From contig OZ024740.1 of the NCBI GenBank assembly GCA_964016885.1, positions 103,540,001 through 103,604,000 on the forward strand: a stretch of 64,000 nt of DNA, written 5' to 3'. Made by a program: the position numbers and the translations under genes. The DNA is from Eledone cirrhosa. Lineage: Eukaryota. The stretch's first letter is position 1. Every line of letters begins with the position of its first letter. This document shows positions 59,873 to 64,000 of the stretch, in pieces. The notes below the pieces were generated by a model, which had not been told where the DNA came from, did no database searches, and saw only the letters and a list, made by a program, of their open reading frames with translations.

Positions 59873-59985
59873 GCTGTACAGAAGAGAGACGATAGAGAGA
59901 GAGGCTGTACAGAAGAGAGAGAGAAAGGCTGTACAGATGAGAAACGAGAGAGAGAGAGAAGGAGAGAAAGGCTGTACAGATGAGA

Positions 59986-60024
<39 letters not shown>

Positions 60025-60036
60025 AGATCAACATAC

Positions 60037-60130
60037 CTATCTCCTTGATGGGTTGCTCCACTCCAATCTCATTGTTGACAGTCATAATAGAAACCAGTGA
60101 TGTGTCAGGACGCAGAGATTTCTCAAACAC
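60037..60130 (-). CDS. NFS1: NFS1 exon (VFEKSLRPDTSLVSIMTVNNEIGVEQPIKEI)
   Basis: CAG acceptor, 94 bp, GTATGT donor; VNNEIG motif; phases are compatible with neighbouring exons. Confidence 0.96.
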
Positions 60131-61037
60131 CTGCCATGGAAGCCACATTTCAATCAACACCATCATCATTATCATCAGTATAATTATCATCGCTTTGAAA
60201 GTCTAATGTCTGACCCAATCCTGGAAACTTATCAGGCTAGTGCTTGTCCAAGTTTTTGTGGCATGGAGCAACTGAGAGTACAAGACTTCCTGCTGGACAG
60301 GACACCAGTTCACCACAGGTTTAAACCCCCAGCTATTGCTGATACTAATTTTCAGTGGAGTATACCGGAGCAACATGAAATGAAGTGTTTTGCTCAAGAA
60401 CACAACAAACAACTCAGCCCAGGAATCGAATCCATGACATTATGATTGTAAGTCCAACACACTTATTTCTAGGCCATGTTGCCTCCATATCATAACTTGC
60501 TCAAACTGATAGAAACATCAACAAAATCTCCTGAAAATCACACCTTAACTCTTTTGGTACCAAACAACATGAAACTGACTCTGGTTCTACAATACTAAGC
60601 TTTTAAAGTCTTTATATTTATCTAAAAACATCCTATCATAATTTTAGTTAGAACCTTTGTTAAGTTATGTTCCAAATACCAAATTGATAATGAGAAAGTT
60701 AGTTATATTACTCACCCTTCAAATTGTTAATTCTTTTCAAAAATATTTGAGAATCACAAGCATGTCTAATTAGAAATATATTGACAAAAAGGTTAAAAAT
60801 AAAGAAGGATAATGTAATCCTGTATACACCATGTTTCAAAAACAAGGTGGTCAGAGCTGGGACATTTTTGATGGTAGGTCCCCTGTATTAGGGCTCACCT
60901 GGGTCTAAGCAACAACATCCTATCATAAATATATCGCATCACAATCACATCATTACCACCACCACCACCACCACCAAACCATTTCTTTATCATCTTCACC
61001 ATTGTAAAATCATGTCAAATTATGACAGATAAAAATA

Positions 61038-61206
61038 CAATTGTTTCTACTTTTGGCACAAGACCACCAATTATCCTAGGGCATTACTGGTGCTTTATTT
61101 TATCAACTCCGTAAAGATGAAAGGCAAAGTTAACCGTAGCGAGATTTGAACTCAGACCGTAAAGGGCCGTAACTCTATGCTGAAAAGCATGGTCACCGAC
61201 CCTCTA
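61038..61206 (-). mobile_element. MetaSINE-type SINE, diverged
   Basis: Same family as 2807-2986. Confidence 0.8.
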
Positions 61207-61666
61207 TCAATCCACTACTCCTGTATAAAAATAATGATATATTGTCATCACATTTTATGCCCATTAAATATCATCATCACCATGATCATTATTTTTGTCA
61301 GTTAAATGCCATCACATAACCCTAATACAGGTTATGTTGTCAGATCATAGAATGTAGGTGGTGGTGGTGGTGGTGGTAGTAGTGGTGAAGGTAGCGATAC
61401 TGGCGGTGGTGGTGATGGTTTCAATAGTGGTGATAATGATTGTGATAGTGGTGGTGGTTGCGATAGTGGTATGGGTGATTATAATGATGTTGGCAGAGTT
61501 GTAGGTGATGATGATAGTGGAGGTGAGAGTATCTACACAGACATACCATCAAAAATATACCGTTAGACTGTGGTAAATATATTAATACACTGAGACGCCA
61601 TAATTAACCAAACTGGACCTAACTGGTACACTGAGCCTCATCTATTAACGAAACAACTGTACTTAC

Positions 61667-61765
61667 CTCTAGGTCAATAAGGCCAGATGGCTGAACAGGT
61701 AAATAGGTGACATCGAAACCTTCCATCTCCAACACCCGGCACGAGTCCAAGACACATTTGTGTTC
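61667..61765 (-). CDS. NFS1: NFS1 coding exon ([33 protein letters not shown]); upstream exons lie outside the window
   Basis: AG acceptor, 99 bp, GTAAGT donor; matches the [10 protein letters not shown] motif of IscS/NFS1. Confidence 0.96.
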
Positions 61766-61840
61766 CTTAAATAGAAACCATGAACAGATGCTGATGGAAA
61801 ACAATAGCCAATTTGAAGGAGAACAACAGCAGCAATAATG

Positions 61841-62233
61841 GTTTCTGATTTAGGAACAAGGTCAACAATTTTTGGGGAGAGGAAAGTCAATTAAATCGAA
61901 CACGGTGCGTTACTGGTATTTTGTAAAGTGGTCGTGTAGGAGACATGTTAAAAAGGCTCCCAGTCTACACTATATGGTTGGTGTTAGGAAGGGCATCCAG
62001 CCGTAGAAAACCTGCCAGAAACAGTTTTGTACGAATGAGACATGGTCACCTGACCAATCTTGCTTCAAGTGGGACAAACCCGTCCAACCCATGCTAGCGT
62101 GGAAGATGGACGTTAAATGATGATGATCCCGTAAAGATGAAAAGCAAAGCTAACCTCAACAGGATTTGAACTGAGAATGTAAAGGGACGTAACTATGCTG
62201 TAAAACATGCCTGATGCTCTACTGATACTGCCA
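61841..62233 (-). mobile_element. MetaSINE-type SINE split by an RTE 3'-tail fragment (61923-62127, plus strand)
   Basis: SINE halves flank a (GAT)n-tailed RTE 3'UTR piece. Confidence 0.7.
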
Positions 62234-62920
62234 ACTGCCTTATAGTAATCAACAGCAACAACAGCAATAATAACATCAGGCATCATTGTCCATTGTAAAA
62301 CTGGTTGGTTGATTTATCACTTCCTCCATCCCCACCCCTTCTTACTTTTCAATGGTGCTCTTTCAGATTTAGAAAAACAAAACTCTGCCTTAGAGTGTGG
62401 CTTAGTGGTTAGAGAATTGTATTCACAATTGTGAGGTTGTAAGTTTGATTCCCAGACCAGGTGTTGTGTTATGTTCTTGAGAGAACACTTTATTTCACAT
62501 TGCTCTTTTGGCTAGGAATTACAACCGGTAGATAGCAATGTTCTGAACCATCTCCCCGCCACCACCACTACCATAATCACCCCACCACCACCACAACTGC
62601 TCCCACATCAATAATAATGCTACTGTTATAGACACAAATATCCTAGATTGCATAAAAAAAAGCTACATGTTCACAGTACCCATGTGTGAGGGGAAAAGTG
62701 ATGCATTTGTTCTGATTTGATATCAAAGGTGGAAGTTTTACTGAAGAATCAGTAGAGCTGAAGGAAATTGTGATAAGGTAATGGTAAATATGGTGAGTAA
62801 GATATGAGGGGGAAATGTCAAAGTCAACATAATTGACTAAAACATCTTAAAGCAGTGCCCCCAGCATGGCCACAGTCAAATGACTAAAAACACTCATCAT
62901 CATTTGCTCATAAAAGAATA

Positions 62921-63101
62921 TAATAATTGTTTCTACTTTTGGCACAAGGCCAGCAATTACCCAGTACATTACTGGTACTTTATTTTATCGACCCCATAAG
63001 GATGAAAGGTAAAGTTAACCTTGACGGGATTTGAACTCAGACCATAAAGGGACGTAACTATGCTAGAAAGCATAACGTCCAACCCTCTATCGATACTGCC
63101 A
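62921..63101 (-). mobile_element. MetaSINE-type SINE
   Basis: Same family as 2807-2986. Confidence 0.85.
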
Positions 63102-64000
63102 ATTCACCAATAATAGGAGTAAGAGTGTGTTGGTCTATTGTAAACAGAAGTGGAGAAGTAGATAAAAACAGAGTCCTCAAGCATACCTTCCAGTGAGTCC
63201 TCCCTAGGGAGTTGACGGTGATATTAAAGATGGTATAAGGAAATTTCAGTGAGGGTTGGAAATGATTAACAGTCCTTTTCCCTGCCAGCAAGAGTTGGAG
63301 GAGCTGTCAAAGACCAAGTAAGTACTCAGGCTAAGCTATTAACTTCTCAGATGGGCAGGGGGACCACATATAACTTACATACATTCCCACATTCTACTGG
63401 GTGCTCAAGGGGCCCACATCTTGCTTACATACATTCCTGTGCTCTACTAAGTGCATTAAATCGTGACACCAGCACTATGGAAGTTGTCATATTTTTGACA
63501 GAGCAGAAGAGTCCTCTCAACTCTTTGTTTGGCAGATTTTCTATGACTGGATGCCTTTCTTACCACCAATCACTTTACAGAGTGCATTGGATAAAACACC
63601 TACACTAGAGAGATTTTTGTGTTCTTCACACAAGAGACTCCTTTTGGCACGACTTCTACAGCTAGATGCCCTTTCTTACAGGGTGTACAGGGCGCATTTT
63701 TCATGGCACCATCACTAGAGAGGTTATTCTGTCATGACTGGAGGGCTTTCAACCCTTTTTGGCATGGTTTCTATTACTGAAAACCGTAGCATTGATAGTC
63801 AGCAATGTATAGTTCAAAGGGAAGTGAAAACTTAAATTTTAACATCCATCATCATCACCATTTTATGTTCATTCTTCCATGCTAGCATGAGTTAGACAGG
63901 TTGTCCTGTTGTGGGCAATGCCAGGTCAGGTGACCATGTCTTGCTCATACAAAACTGATTTTGGCTTGATTTCTATAGCTGGTTGCCCTTCCTAACACCA

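Noticed and set aside
61766-64000. Further upstream NFS1 exon (expected ...KKHIITTQT)
   Set aside because: Not found by eye; the region consists of SINE/RTE remnants and simple repeats

Overview
Eukaryotic, AT-rich and repeat-saturated DNA, most likely from an octopod cephalopod (inferred from MetaSINE-type SINEs, RTE LINEs with (GAT)n tails and huge (TA)n arrays). One host gene is clear: the last nine coding exons of NFS1 (mitochondrial cysteine desulfurase) on the minus strand, 61765->42924, giving 303 aa plus stop, with one GC-AG intron. A probable ATG-bearing exon of a second minus-strand gene lies at 4468-4604. The rest is mobile DNA and simple repeats. These include a ~10 kb (TA/CA)n array with a 200-N gap and a near-complete Nematis-type Penelope-like element (RT + GIY-YIG) with a 690-bp inverted pLTR carrying hammerhead ribozymes. 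Three more hammerhead motifs come from unrelated families. There are also several RTE LINEs (two inverted pairs, one copy nested in an older copy with a TSD), three CR1-clade LINE copies, a non-autonomous LTR element with a tRNA-Trp-like PBS, mariner relics and tRNA-derived SINEs. The long YIYI/CVYI ORFs in the track are microsatellite artefacts. All calls come from reading by eye; no database search was run.
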